A stretch of DNA of 64,000 nucleotides from Eledone cirrhosa (Eukaryota): NCBI GenBank assembly GCA_964016885.1, contig OZ024746.1, forward strand, positions 86,800,001 through 86,864,000, given 5' to 3'. Every line of letters begins with the position of its first letter. The first letter of the stretch is position 1. Of the stretch, positions 1 to 12,902 are shown one piece after another. A model generated the notes under the pieces. That model was not told the DNA's origin and made no database searches. It was given only the letters and a program-made list of their open reading frames with translations. The position numbers and the translations under genes are program-made.

Positions 1-1710
1 GGAGAGCTGGATGATCATCAACGAGATCACAGGGAGGAAGAGAAGGTGTTCGAGTCAGATCCAGGGAACGGGGCCCGAGGATAGGAAGAGGAAATGGCTA
101 GACCATTTTAGGACCCTACTAGGAGAGCCACCCTCCACAGCCCAGAGCACTGGGGAGATCAGGCGGCTGTTTGAGGAACTGGATGTTGAGACAGAGCCCT
201 TCACCAGAGAGGAGCTTCAGAGAGCCAAGAAGAAGATCAAGGAGGGCAAGGCTCATGGAGAAGATGGAGTGGCATCAGAGGTGATGAAGAGGTGTGATTT
301 TGATGATATCATCCTGGGATTCTGTAACGGGGCACTGGAGAAAGGAGTTGCCCCGAATCAGTGGAGGATCAGTAACATCGTCCCAGTGCCAAAGAAGGGA
401 GATCTCTCTAACACCAACAACTACCGGGGATCTCACTGACGTCACTTGTAGCAAAGACCCTCAACAGGATGATTCTTAACAGGATCCAGCCTGAGATGGA
501 GAAGAAGCTCAGGGACAACCAGAACGGCTTCAGAGAGGGTAGATCAACCACCAGTCACATCCTGATGCTGAGGAGGATATTAGATGGAGCTAGAGCAAAG
601 TGCCTTCCTGCGGTCATGGTTTTCATTGACTTTAGGAAGGCCTATGATTCTGTGGACCGTTACTGCCTGATGAAGATCTTACAGGCTTATGGAATCCCCA
701 AGAGGATAGTGGACCTGATATCACTGCTCTACACCAACACCAAAGCCCAAGTCATTACACCTGATGGGATGACAGAGTTTTTTGAGATACTGGCTGGAGT
801 GCTCCAGGGAGATACATTGGCTCCCTACCTTTTTATCATCGTAGTGGACTATTGTATGCGCCTTGCACTGGAGAAACACCAGGACTCTGGCTTTACTGTA
901 GCACCGGCTCAGAGCAGGAGAGTTAGGGCGAAAAAGGTATCGGATGCTGAATTTGCCGACGACATAGTTTTGGTGACAAATACAGTGAAGGAGGCAGAGG
1001 ATTTGATGCGGGAGGTTGAGACTGTGTCGATGAGTGTGGGGCTGAGAATGAATGAGACTAAAACAAAATATCTGGTAGAGAATGTTGAGAAGCCAGAGGG
1101 GATCACTAATGTAGGCGGGAAGCCGCTGGAATTGGTTGAGGACTTCCTGTATTTGGGAGCAAAGATTGGGAATACGGAAGATGATGTGGTTGAGAGGAAG
1201 AGCAAGGCCTGGGCGGCGTGCCACAGCTTCAGATCGGTGTGGAAGTCGGACCTTCGTAGAGACCTGAAAATCCTCCTCTTCATTGCTGTAGTGGAGTCTG
1301 TGCTGCTGTATGGGTCTGAGACTTGGACACTGACCAAGAAACTCACTCAGATGGTGGATGGGTGCTACACGAGAATGCTGAGGATGGCTCTGAACATTAA
1401 TCAGTATACACTGAGGATGAAAAACTCAGAGCTGTATGGGATCATCCCAAAAGTCAGCTCAAAAGTGACACAGAGGAGACTGAGGTTGGCTGGACATGCT
1501 CACCGACATCCAGAGTTGACATTAAACTCAGTGCTCCTTTGGGAGCCCCTACATGGACACGCTAGAAGAGGAAGACCAAGGTTAACATATGTTGATGCCC
1601 TAAGGACAGACACTGGTCTGTTGGAAATGCAGGATATGGCAGCGATAATGAGGGACAGAGACCGCTGGAGAGAACTCGTCCATGGATCTCGGGAATTTTA
1701 CCCGCCTTAG
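1..1710 (+). mobile_element. RTE-clade LINE, ORF2 reverse transcriptase region (5' part lies outside the window), one frameshift at ~426-430
   Basis: ORFs 11-439 and 469-1710 join as ...KKGDLSNTNNYRG/ISLTSLVAKTLNRMILNRI if one G is added to GGGG. RT motifs NQNGFR, FIDFRKAYDSV, GVLQGDTLAP, FADD, FLYLG. RTE-type C-terminus LLYGSETW, RRLRLAGH, RRGRP. The stop codon runs directly into (TA)n. Confidence 0.93.
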
Positions 1711-1743
1711 ATATATATATATATATATTTGTTTGTGTGTGTG

Positions 1744-1933
1744 TAGGAAAAGAGTCGGGACCCCGACGGCTGAGCTCCGGCCGCTGCAACAGCTAGATTT
1801 AGTTCAGATCTAGCTGTCGAATCGGCCGGAGTTCAGCCGTCGAGGTCCCGACTATTTTCCTATCACCCACTCTACTACCCAAAGTATTGAGTACTCTGGT
1901 GCGTTATGGCCCACCTAGTATCTTACCACACAC

Positions 1934-1938
<5 letters not shown>
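1744..1938. mobile_element. Penelope-like element terminus with inverted duplication
   Basis: ~120-bp palindrome at 1744-1862 followed by a tail (cccactctactaccc...tggtgcgttatgg...ttaccaca). Related copies at 2712-2790 (-) and 49390-49592 (+). All copies sit in (TA)n or (TG)n. Confidence 0.6.
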
Positions 1939-1967
<29 letters not shown>

Positions 1968-1970
<3 letters not shown>

Positions 1971-2057
1971 TATAAGAACAGATTAAAGTTTAAACAAAGA
2001 ATCGCTGCTTTCACCCTTATCGAGCCCTCTTCGGATTTTAGACTTCACATTTATTAT

Positions 2058-2060
<3 letters not shown>
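1968..2060 (-). repeat. Short dispersed repeat, probable Penelope-like 3' end
   Basis: aagaacagattaaagtttaaacaaagaatcgctgctttcaccctta recurs at 5411-5512 (as a palindrome), 15780-15815 (inverted) and 16100-16170. A partial copy is at 49310-49350. Confidence 0.55.
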
Positions 2061-2084
<24 letters not shown>

Positions 2085-2091
<7 letters not shown>

Positions 2092-2205
2092 AAAAACAGA
2101 TGAAATCTAAAATGCAACTGGAGTCTTATTTTTAATAAATATATATATATTTAAAAAAAAATAAGACTGCAGTTGCATTTTCGATTTCATCTTCTTTTCT
2201 TTATA
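2085..2205. repeat. Inverted repeat around a (TA)n spacer
   Basis: Arm tataaagaaaaacagatgaaatctaaaatgcaactggagtcttattttt versus arm aaaaataagactgcagttgcattttcgatttcatcttcttttctttata. Confidence 0.8.
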
Positions 2206-2288
2206 CTTTTACTCGTGTAGGACACCCCTGTTATTTTTCATTTTGTAAAAAAACTTCACTTTCTAATATATATATATATATATATATA

Positions 2289-2536
2289 GTTATACTTGGG
2301 GAGGGTAATGTTGCCAATAAGAAACACACGCACCAGTTGCTTGCACTGCAATTTATTATAAATTAAATTATAAATTTAAAAACAATGTATATGAACAACC
2401 ATCCGGTTGTGGAACCAACCAACCAACCGGAAATATATTAATTTTTTAAACATATAATTTAATTTATAATGAATTAGAGTGAAAGAAACTGGTGCGTGTG
2501 TTTCTTATTGGCAAAATGACTCTCCCAATGTATAAC
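2289..2536. repeat. ~250-bp imperfect palindrome, probable Penelope-like end
   Basis: Outer arms gttatacttgggag...gccaataagaaacacacgcaccagtt and aactggtgcgtgtgtttcttattggc...ctcccaatgtataac. Central hairpin ccggttg..caaccgGAAA. Confidence 0.75.
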
Positions 2537-2612
2537 AATATCGGTTTCCACACACGTTTTCAGATAAAGAATCTTGCTAAACAAATTCAGAAACGAAATC
2601 TATATCTATCTA

Positions 2613-2704
<92 letters not shown>

Positions 2705-2806
2705 TATATAAAACGAAGGAGGTGTGGTAAGGAACCAGATGGACCATAACGCACCAGAGAACTCAATACTTAGGGTAGTAGGGTGGGTAATAGAGTGGTT
2801 AAACTT

Positions 2807-2885
<79 letters not shown>

Positions 2886-3511
2886 CATGCGTGTGTATGT
2901 TTGTATGCATGTATGTATGTGTGTCTCAATTTGAATAAACCAATTAGGAAAATGCACTCAATTTTTTTTAGTAGAGTTTATTTATTCGTTTGAGTTGGAT
3001 GATTCGAAACATTCATCGCCTGAACGATCTCACTTGCAGGGAATTATCATGAGCACCGAAAAAATAGTATGTTTACACATACGCATTCACATTCACATAA
3101 ACAAACAAACACATACACAGCCACACACCTACACATGTGAATGTGTAAATACCCGCATGATATAGGTATGTATAATTTTAAAGCTGTATTTCAATGTTTG
3201 TTATCATATGAATAATTAGGATTTCTAATATTGGCAGAAGAATACATGGTTATATCAGTTCATTAAGAATAAAATGTTCGATTTTGAACTACAAATTTAG
3301 TTTATTTTATCGAAAAAAGAAGTAGGATATCGGACATTAATATTAACCTCAGTACTTGACTGCTATTTATTTTAGCAATTTGAGAATAATAAAAACTAAA
3401 TGCGACCTGGGAGGGAAGCGTACTCAGAATGTAAATAGCCGGAACAGGTACTGCTAAGCTTTTATTCGACATTAAATGATTCTACTAATCTACCATCTTC
3501 TACCATATGAA

Positions 3512-3697
3512 TAATTATTTCTACTTTTGGCACAAGGCCAGCAAATTACCCAGTGTATTACTGGTACTTTATTTTATAGACCCCGTAAGGATGAAAGGCA
3601 AAGTTAACCTCGGCGGGATTTGAACTCAGAATGGCAAAGGCTGTATCTCAATGCGTCAAAGAATGGCGTCCGACCCTCTACCGATACTGCCAATCAA
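3512..3697 (-). mobile_element. tRNA-derived SINE, family A (Meta-SINE-like central domain)
   Basis: Matches the window consensus: A box tggcagtatcgg, B box gagttcaaatcc, core gcctttcatccttacggggtcgataaaataaagtacc, tail ggccttgtgccaaaagtagaaacaattatt. An older degenerate copy lies at ~3330-3500. Confidence 0.88.
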
Positions 3698-3929
3698 TCA
3701 TATGAATAATAAAGAACAATATGTAGATAGGTGTGTATCAAGAATCATTAGAGTCTTGAATTCAAAGTCTTCTAATATATTTTTCCTCACAGTACAAACA
3801 TGCATACAATAAAAATCTGAAAGTGGACAGCAAAAAATTATTCCTGCAATCTCACTAATAATTCCCATCCTTACAACCCTTATTGATCGAATCTGACCTC
3901 ATCTTCATAATGTAGCTAACATCATCCCG

Positions 3930-4050
3930 CCACTAGAATCGCTAAGGTCATACTTCACATCCAAACAAATGCTGACTCTCTATAAAACTACAGTGAGACT
4001 CAATGATATACCGCTTCTATATCATGGACGATACTGTTGATATGAGCGGA
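3930..4050 (+). pseudogene. Degenerate CR1/L2/Jockey-type LINE RT C-terminal fragment
   Basis: Reads ..LRSYFTSKQMLTLYKTTVRL.., resembling the post-RT 'LxLYKxxVRPxLEY' segment. Confidence 0.35.
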
Positions 4051-4914
4051 GTCAAAGCAAATCGCAACTAAAAGAGAAACTTGCTGTTTCTCACTCCCCA
4101 ACACACTCCAACGTGATACAAATAACAAATTCCCCATGAAACATTATACTGAATTCTTCTCATCCCACAGTTGAGAAGGTGTGTTTGCATCGGGATCAGG
4201 GGAGAACATAAATAATGTTCTGTGCCGCAATACAAGACATGATTTCATGTTGTTGTGCAGGAGTTCGTTACCTGCGTCGATGAGTGGCTCAGAATAGCTC
4301 TGGTGTGGCGTGAAAGGGTCCGAACTATTTATAGAATTGCTTCAATGTGTGAGGAGTGATTGAAGTTGGAGAGTACAAAGTACAGTATCACTCCCTGCAC
4401 AGAAGTGTATTTACTCAAAATATATACGCAATTTACGCCTTTTATCTGAACGAAACATGAAGGAATATGCTTTGCTGTCGTCACTGTATCTTTTAAAGTT
4501 TAGATTGTTTTCCCGTTAAACGCATTACCTACGTTTGAATTTAATTCCCCAACACTGTGATGAGTCAACGCAGTTCAAATGAGTTTTATAGTTTCCATTT
4601 AGAGCTTGGTAGTTCCTTTTGGCTTTGTTTGTATTAGTTAAGTATTATTACATAATGATTATCACACCTAGTGACGGGTGTAGTCTCATCAATGTGTGTA
4701 CGACTCGTTATAGGATTATTACGTACTTCACTAATTACTAGCAAGGTTTTATTGTAATGCGTCCGTGTAATTTATTTTGTAAAGGAGAAATTGGAAATGT
4801 AGGAAAACAAAAGAATATTGTAAGGCTAGAAATGTAAAATAAATAGAGAAGGTCGGATAGGTTTTTGAGAAAGAATTGCAATGGGAGAGAGAGAGAGAGA
4901 GGGAGGATTTAGTG

Positions 4915-5210
4915 TAGGGCTTAGTGGTTAGAGTGTTTGAACAACGACAGTAAGGTTTTGACTGATTTTTGGTGGTCTGATGTGTCCATGGGCAAGATAC
5001 TTTATTTCATCTTACCTCAGTCCACCCAGTAGAAGAAAATATGTTGCATGTATAATTCAAGGGACCAGGTTTTTCACACATTGTTTCACATAGAATCCCT
5101 TTGAGAATCGTACACTTACACTTGTTTGTATAGTGTATGTTAAATTCATGAGCAGGCTCGTCTGTTGTTTAAATAACTGGAACACACTTTGTCGGAACCG
5201 GCGCACTTCC
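4915..5210 (+). mobile_element. tRNA-derived SINE, family B (CORE-like), degenerate
   Basis: Head gggcttagtggttagagtgtt, core gtccatgggcaagatactttatttc...cagtccacccag. The 3' part is shared with 52990-53205. Confidence 0.6.
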
Positions 5211-5410
5211 CATCTCACACATCACAGTGTATGTAAATATGTAGTTAGGAATGTATGCCTGTATTAATGTGTGTGTGTCTCTCTCTTAACTCCCTCTCTC
5301 TCTCTATATATATATAATAATAGTAATAATAATACATGTGAAGAATGAAATCCGAAAAGGGATCGATAAGGATTATATATATATATAAAAACCTGTAGAG
5401 CATTTATTTA

Positions 5411-5512
5411 TTATAAGAACAGATTAACATTTAAGCAAAGAATCGCTGCTTTTACCCTTAACGTTAAGGGTGAAAGCAACGATTCTTTGCTTAAACTTTA
5501 ATCTGTTCTTAT
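5411..5512. repeat. Near-perfect 100-bp palindrome of the 1968-2060 family
   Basis: ataagaacagattaa...cccttaac|gttaaggg...ttaatctgttcttat. Confidence 0.85.
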
Positions 5513-7395
5513 GATATATATATATGTATATATATATATATGATATGCGGCCATGTTTGAGCTCCGACTGAACTCAATTTATTGATCTCACAATGTATAG
5601 GTCAGCCCGAGTGTATATGGAAAACATTCGCACCGCGGAGCCATACAATGGAATTGAAAACATACGTCGTGTAAACGAACCCTGCCTACACCATTAGTCA
5701 ACAGATAAATGGTTACAGACAAATACTGTGTTATCATCTGGTTATATACAGTACATTGAATGAAAGTCGCAATATTTATTTGCTCTATATGCATTAGGTT
5801 CAAAACGTTCAAAATAAGCAAAAATAAAGGAAAGTCAGAGAAATAACAATTGCATAATAACAACGTCAATCATTTCTAAAAATAGAAATAGAAGCTTTCG
5901 GCATATTTTTTTTACTAAAGAAATTTTAGCCTGATAGTGGAGTTTAGAACCCTCTAAGTAAATAAAAAAGATGAGTATTGACGTACATGGGAGTCGAAGC
6001 CACACTTTGGTTATCCAGACCACAGAAAAAAAAAAAAAATACTGCGAAATCTCCTGTTTCTATTTTCAAACTTGTTTGTTGCTTTAACAAAATTTACTTG
6101 TATATAAAAACTTACTAATATATTTTATATACGAAGTACTTCGATTAAAATCTTTATGTTGCGTTATCCAGCTGCGCATTATTATTATGAATTTAAATCA
6201 GGAATGCTATTAACGTATTTTCTTCTAAAAATTTGTTAATTTTATAAACAAATATAGTGTCCATAGAGCGGATGTTGAACTGAGTTTCTTCATATTATAC
6301 AGGATTGTTCTTTTTGTATCACAAATAACGTGCCAGAACATGAGTTACGTGCAGTGAAATAATGTCTATTTAGGATTTCAGCCAAGAATCAACGAAATAT
6401 CCATAACGCATCTGAACCTTTAACCTTTGGGTCACTAGCATTCAAATCCATTATTCATACGATTATTTCACCTCTTTTTCATTATGTATCAAAAAATAAT
6501 TAAATCCACAACGAACCAAGCAACAAACGATAAAGAAACCTAGAAAATACAAACTACTATTGAAGATGACTAGATGGTACTCAAAACAACAAGAAGGAAA
6601 TAAAGATATTGATCGCGGTATTTTTCAATTATCAAAGAATACACACAACGCTATTATAATACTCGACAACAACGTTTATGAAATAGCTAATTAACTGAAG
6701 ACATATATTTCTGTCTTTTAACATTTCTAAAATATTCTGAAAATTTATGTTTCACAAACATAATAATGTGTATCGACATTTTTGAAGCAGGATTAATTTT
6801 TGTTATATTATTTTCTAACAAAGTAAGACAATTTCCTTCCTTGAGCTAACATCTTCTAATACACTGATAGAACATTCATCCTTTTTTTTTTTATTTTACT
6901 TCACCATTCACGTAACTTTAAAAGTCATCCTTGTTTAATCTTTTCAGTTCACATCATTATTGTGTCTCATTTAATTTCCTGACCAGATTCTAAAGAAAAA
7001 TGAACCGAAGTTATTATCAACATTATAAATAATAGATTTCGCTGTTTTCTCATCATTTTTCTTCCTATCATTTTCTTTACACCTTTGTTTCCAATTTTTT
7101 AAAATACTCATTTCTGAATTTCTATGACGCTGGTTATTTCTTCCGCTTCATACCCTCCATTATAATAATGCATTGAAATATTTGCTTTCTGACATATATT
7201 TGTTATTTTTTTACTTAAATAAACACAGTTTTAGACTCCTAAAAATGTTGCCTTCTATAACACAAAAAAATACAATATAGAGAAATATCATATAACAAAA
7301 GGAAATATCATTTACTAAAATAAAGCTGATTATTTATTCTGCTGCTGCTACTGCTACTACTGCTACTTCTATTGCCACTGCTGGTACAACTGCTC

Positions 7396-7585
7396 GGTGA
7401 ATTGGCAGTATCAGTCGAGGGTTGGACGCCATGCTTTCTAGCATAGTTACGTCCCTTTACGGTCTGAGTTCAAATCCCGTCGAGGTTAACTTTGTCTTTC
7501 ATCCTTACGGAGTCGATAAAATAAAGTACCAGTAATGCACTGGAGTAATTGCTGGCCTTGTGCCAAAAGTAGAAACAATTATTTT
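7396..7585 (+). mobile_element. SINE family A, followed by a degenerate copy to ~7880
   Basis: Full match to the family A consensus. Confidence 0.88.
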
Positions 7586-8929
7586 TAATGTGACGCATGA
7601 GCAAAGTTGTTCGAACGTCAAATAGAATACTTTAGGGTTTCTGCGGCTTGAATCCAGTCGAAATTAACTTTGCCTTTCAATTTTTCTTGATCGATAGATT
7701 ATTGAACCAGTACTGAACTCAATTCTTCTTCTATCTATCTTTTCCCACATTCTTTCTTAATCTCTCACTCTCTCTTCTCTATCGCTCTCTCACTCTCTCT
7801 CTCTCTCCCTCTCTCCCTCTCTCTCTTTCTATCTCTCCTTTTCTGGAAGAAAACAACTGTGTTCAGACCTTGAAAATAGGTTTGCTTTGTGAAGTGTTAT
7901 GCATATGAGTGGTTTTGTATCTCTTTAGAAATCATCAGACCACAAATATGGAGGAAAGCAAAATACGTTATTGGTAGTTGTTCGAGTACTTCAGCGGGAT
8001 TTTAAGAGTGAGGGCAACACACTGGGTAGCTTTGAATTTACTAATATATGCCGCAAAATAGTCTGTCGAATATTCTATATTTAATAATGTAATCTCTAAC
8101 ATAAAAACAAGGCCAGTACTAGTGTGAAGGGGAAATCGACTAAATCTACTCTATTTCTTGGATAGTACTTCATTTGTCAACCATGAAAGAGTGGAAGGCA
8201 AAAGTAGAATGTGAGAATGTGATATAGAGATGGTTATATTTATTAAAGTATGGAATAGAGTAGTATAGAAAGTGAATTGTGTTATGTAAGTATGGAAAGA
8301 GAAAGAAAAGAAAATATATAATGGAAGTATATAAATCAAATTAAGGTGGTTGAAAATCAGTCGAATTTATATAATATTTCCTCCACCATATAATGCAATA
8401 CTTCTGCTATAGTATACAAACACAAACATGTCGTTGATCTCAAATTTCAAATTTACATCTTAGAGTTATTTCGCTTAGTTATATTACGTTTGTTTCCTAA
8501 GCACGCGTTCTTAAGACACTTTACTTTTAACGGTATCTTATAAACTCGTATAAGCACATGAAGACAGGCCACTAATTTGATGCCTCTTCTATGCTGGAGG
8601 TGTGGTAAAATTTGTGACTTGAAACCTTAGGTAGTGGCTGTGTTCCATGTAAAAACATAAATAAATAATTTATTTCAGCTCCTGTCCCGATTGCGCACTA
8701 TTTATCTTTTATATTTTTCACACCAACGGATATTGCTACGCACACACGCACACAGACATATGCACACACTCACACTCTTACACAATATACACACATACAC
8801 ACACACATGCACACACATATACACACATATATATATACATATATATGTATATATACACACCATCTCTCACACACACATATATATCTATAATTTTAGGAAT
8901 AACCAAAGAGTGCTTAGAAATACATTGTT

Positions 8930-8985
8930 TTATTAGCTAACAGTGTTTCATCCATACCCTATGGCAGGAATCATCAGAGCCTATA
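8930..8985 (-). ncRNA. Minimal type I hammerhead ribozyme motif (Penelope-like element type)
   Basis: Minus strand reads ataggct-CTGATGA-ttcctgccatagggtatggat-GAAA-c-act-g-T-t-agctaat. Stem I is ggct/agct, stem II a hairpin, stem III very short, cleavage triplet GUU. Confidence 0.65.
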
Positions 8986-9488
8986 AACAAGAGTATATCA
9001 ACAGTTGCATGTTCCATCAAGCTGCGTCACCAGAACAAGGTTAAACGACGAGCAATGGGGGTCCCGAGGCCAGCGCTATAGAGAAAAAGACACAATACAT
9101 GACGCACATAATGTCATAAAATGTCATAAAAAATTACATAAAAAATTACATCAAAAATGTATCACATAAATGGTGCAATAATTGATAAGTAGGTTGGGAC
9201 GGGGGTAGCAAGGAATGAGTGAAGGTGTTACTCAGCATGATCAAAAACAAAAAAAAACAATAAAAAACCAAAAGAAAACCCAAACCCAAAAAACAAAACA
9301 ATGAAAAGCATAGATATATCAAAACACAAGCAGTGCAAATACAGGATGTACAGGCAGATTAAGAGAGTTTGCAAGTATGAGTCTGTTACAAGGCGATATA
9401 ACTGGAGTGCACCAGCCTTCCTATAGACAGGATTTTTATTTGCAGCAGAATAGCAAAGCTTCCCCACCAAAACACCACCCAAAATATA

Positions 9489-9606
9489 TAATTGTCTACT
9501 TTTGGCACCAAGCCAGCAAATAACTCAGGGCATTACTGGTACTTTATTTTAACGATGAAAGGTGCGGATGAAAGGTAAAGTTAACCTCGGTGGGATTTGA
9601 ACTCAT
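9489..9606 (-). mobile_element. SINE family A, 5'-truncated
   Basis: Tail and core match the consensus. The head is missing. Confidence 0.75.
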
Positions 9607-10049
9607 AAAAAAGCAAGATACAGTAGGTAACTGCAGAATATATGGTGATTGGGAAATAACTGACCGCATTTTCTCTGGCTGCCCAGTCATATTAGAAAAA
9701 ATGATATAGCTACAGATATGACAGAGTTGGGATTTATTTACAATGGAAGTTATGCCATCAAAATGCAATAATAACAAAAAAAAACAGGGTACAAACACAC
9801 ACAAGAAGAGGTGTCAAAGAATGCCAAAACAACGATAATTTGGGCTATGCCAATACACACAGATAAGAGATTATAGTAAAAAGAAAAACACAAATAGAAA
9901 AAAAATAATTCTTTCTAATTGACGGAACAAAACTTGCAATCAGCAAAAAAACTCTCATAGTAATGAAGAAAGTATCCAAATATAAAACGTGAAATAGAAA
10001 TAACCGGAAACAGAGACATAGAAATAACAATGATGAACTGAGAAAGAAC

Positions 10050-10345
10050 TTCTCCAGCCGCAACCTGGTACAGTCTGCAACTAACCCAGGTTCTGCTGCA
10101 CGTCAGGAGGTGGAGGTCAAACTCTTCAAATACCGGTCGCTATCCGACAGATTTGCAGTTGTACTCTTGACAGTGGAGACATCTGGTGTCCTCGGCCCTA
10201 GGGCTACCTTCCTACTCACCATCATAGGCGCTGAGCTGGCCAACCGCAGGTGTGAGCCTCGCGAGCTGGAATGGCTTTTCCAGCGCGTCTCCTTTGCCGT
10301 ACTCCGCGGGAACGCCTTCTCCATTCTGTCAACCAGGGCTGTGGG
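10050..10345 (+). mobile_element. CRE-clade non-LTR retrotransposon 3' fragment (end of RLE domain)
   Basis: KYRSLSDRFAVVLLTVETSGVLGPRA...WLFQRVSFAVLRGNAFSILS matches the CRE C-terminal pattern 'ETxGxxG...FQRISxAxQRGNA'. Homologues at 16760-17035 and 59430-59645. Confidence 0.75.
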
Positions 10346-10688
10346 GAGGTCACCAATATGTTTGACTGACTTGTCATTTTATCAGTCAGATGTTTTTAGA
10401 CATCACCCAGTTAAATATCAAACGAGTATATCTTTAGAAAGAAATTACCATTGTTGTTAATCTACTATTTAATACGTGATCTGGCAATGAGAAAAATATC
10501 CACATATACATAACCAAAATCCGAGGAATTACAAATGTATATAACATACAAGAAATAACACTAACCGACACTGTACGTATATCACGAAGAATACTCATAA
10601 TACAAAAGAAACTGCCCCCACCCCACAAAAAAGAGCGCCACACTTACCGAGGCGCACAGAGCTGTGCTCGTTAAGACAGTAACGATAC

Positions 10689-10775
10689 GCAATAATAATA
10701 AAACTACTACTACTACTACTACTACTACTACTGTTACTACTACTACTACTGCTGTTGCTGCTGCTGCAGTTGCTG

Positions 10776-10822
<47 letters not shown>

Positions 10823-10898
10823 GCTGCTACTACTGCTGCTGCTGCTGCTACTACTACTACTACTACCACTACTACTACTGCTGCTGCTGCTGCTTTTG

Positions 10899-10932
<34 letters not shown>

Positions 10933-11045
10933 CATCAGTACCACCGCCACCACCACCACCACCACCACCACTACTACTACTATTACTACTACCACCACCA
11001 CCAACATACCACCACCACTACTACTACTACTGCCACCACCACCAT

Positions 11046-11104
<59 letters not shown>

Positions 11105-11118
11105 TTAACAATAATAAC
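10689..11118. repeat. Compound trinucleotide microsatellite (ACT/GCT/ACC)n
   Basis: Direct reading. It explains the poly-T, poly-V and poly-L ORFs. Confidence 0.97.
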
Positions 11119-11558
11119 ACGACACTCTAATTTCCTATATAACTTTTCAATTATACATTAAAAAAGAACAACAACACATTAATTTTGGAACTTTAACATT
11201 TCGGTTTAATTATTACTTGACAATTTCTTTTTCTTGTATATTCCTACTTTTGATGTGGTCTCTTCTTAGTTGTTGGTCAATGAAGATCTTATTTCCTCCA
11301 TTGTGATTAAACTTCCTTTTAAAAACTCTTTTATGTTTGTTGTTTGATCTATTCTCGTGTTTTCATGCCTCTCGTTCGTTATCGTAAACGAACAAAACAT
11401 AAGAACAGAAGAAAAAAGAATAAATATATAAATATGATCCATTTTGATTATTTCGTCTTCAATATTTGCTTTCATGATTAAAAAAAAATAAATATAAAAG
11501 CAATCAATAGAAATATGTATACACACGCCCACTTATACACATACAAACACACACATAA

Positions 11559-11614
<56 letters not shown>

Positions 11615-11617
<3 letters not shown>

Positions 11618-11763
11618 AATACAAGGACGATTTGTTAAGCCTTCATTACGTTTCTTGATTGGTGACGCACGTTTCACTATTGATCAGCTCTAGGTTCGAT
11701 CTGTATCGATCTGGCCAGACTGTAGAATCAAAACTAGTCTGATCTTTGCTTTTGTAATGACAG

Positions 11764-11832
<69 letters not shown>

Positions 11833-11885
11833 CTGGCCAGACTCCCGAATCAAAAACTCGTGTGACCTCAGCTGTTGTAATGAGA

Positions 11886-11919
<34 letters not shown>

Positions 11920-12322
11920 GAATAACAGGAGGCTCGACTGGTGTAAATCCTTGAAATGTTTAATATACTATGACCGGGTTGGTTCAGTATGAATCCGGTG
12001 ACATCATCAGGTATTCAAAATATAACAAAGGAATATAACTGATAACATCCTGGGGCTGAAAATCAGAGACAAGAGGACGACCGCTTATTTAGCGGCTTCT
12101 ACCTCGGTCGGCCGACTGTACTGGCACCACCAACTACACAAACGAAGACGGGTGAGTTGCATTACGTTGAGTGCTGTTCGTAATATTACATCGAGGTTGA
12201 CCATACGGAATGGCCAGTTCTATCCAATGGTGAACCAACAAACCTAAATATATATATATACACATATACTGTCATTACAACAGCTGAGATCAGACGAGCT
12301 TTTGATTCTAGAGTCTGGCCAG

Positions 12323-12330
<8 letters not shown>
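11615..12330. mobile_element. Cluster of Penelope-like termini in (TA)n, direct and inverted
   Basis: atcgatctggccagact...gaatcaaaa occurs at 11705 and 11826 and inverted at 12263-12328. 11615-11720 is homologous in inverted orientation to 49870-49960. A degenerate CTGATGA lies on the minus strand at ~12004-12010. Confidence 0.5.
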
Positions 12331-12421
<91 letters not shown>

Positions 12422-12427
12422 TATATC

Positions 12428-12579
12428 GATCTTCAAAATATATATAATGATCTTCAAAATGTTTTTAATTAAACATACTGTATATTGCCAAATATACTAT
12501 ACATTCATTCATATATATATATATATATATATGTTTTTAATTAAACATACTGTATATTGCCAAATATACTATACATTCA

Positions 12580-12619
<40 letters not shown>

Positions 12620-12680
12620 TGAATGTATAGTATATTTGGCAATATACAGTATGTTTAATTAAAAACATTTTGAAGATCAT
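12428..12680. repeat. Direct plus inverted duplication of a ~55-bp unit around (TA)n
   Basis: atgtttttaattaaacatactgtatattgccaaatatactatacattcattcat occurs twice, then once inverted at 12614-12680. Confidence 0.85.
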
Positions 12681-12869
12681 TCGCTATGAATTTTAAAGTA
12701 GTGACTAATTCACTTACTTATTATCGGCAAAATATTTATGTATAAGTATTAATTTAGTTATGGCTGAAAACTGTGTGTGGTGACACTGGAGTTTCGCCTG
12801 TTTTTCACAGGGTCATCAAACAAGAACAGTATTGAGTACTCTTTTATTTAAGACCTCAACCACATATGG

Positions 12870-12902
<33 letters not shown>

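Noticed and set aside
2492-2993. ORFs rich in YIYI, THTH or LSLS (here and throughout the window)
   Set aside because: They arise from (TA)n, (CA)n and (CT)n repeats that lack stop codons.
4150-4405. Possible solo LTR on the minus strand (TG start, ctataaatag)
   Set aside because: No second end or TSD was identified.
10582-11161. Long poly-Thr, poly-Val and poly-Leu ORFs resembling a mucin
   Set aside because: They are translations of an (ACT/GCT/ACC)n microsatellite, with no evidence of an exon.
11950-12015. Third hammerhead (CTGATGA on the minus strand)
   Set aside because: The expected GAAA reads TAAA and the stems are poor. It is at best a decayed remnant.
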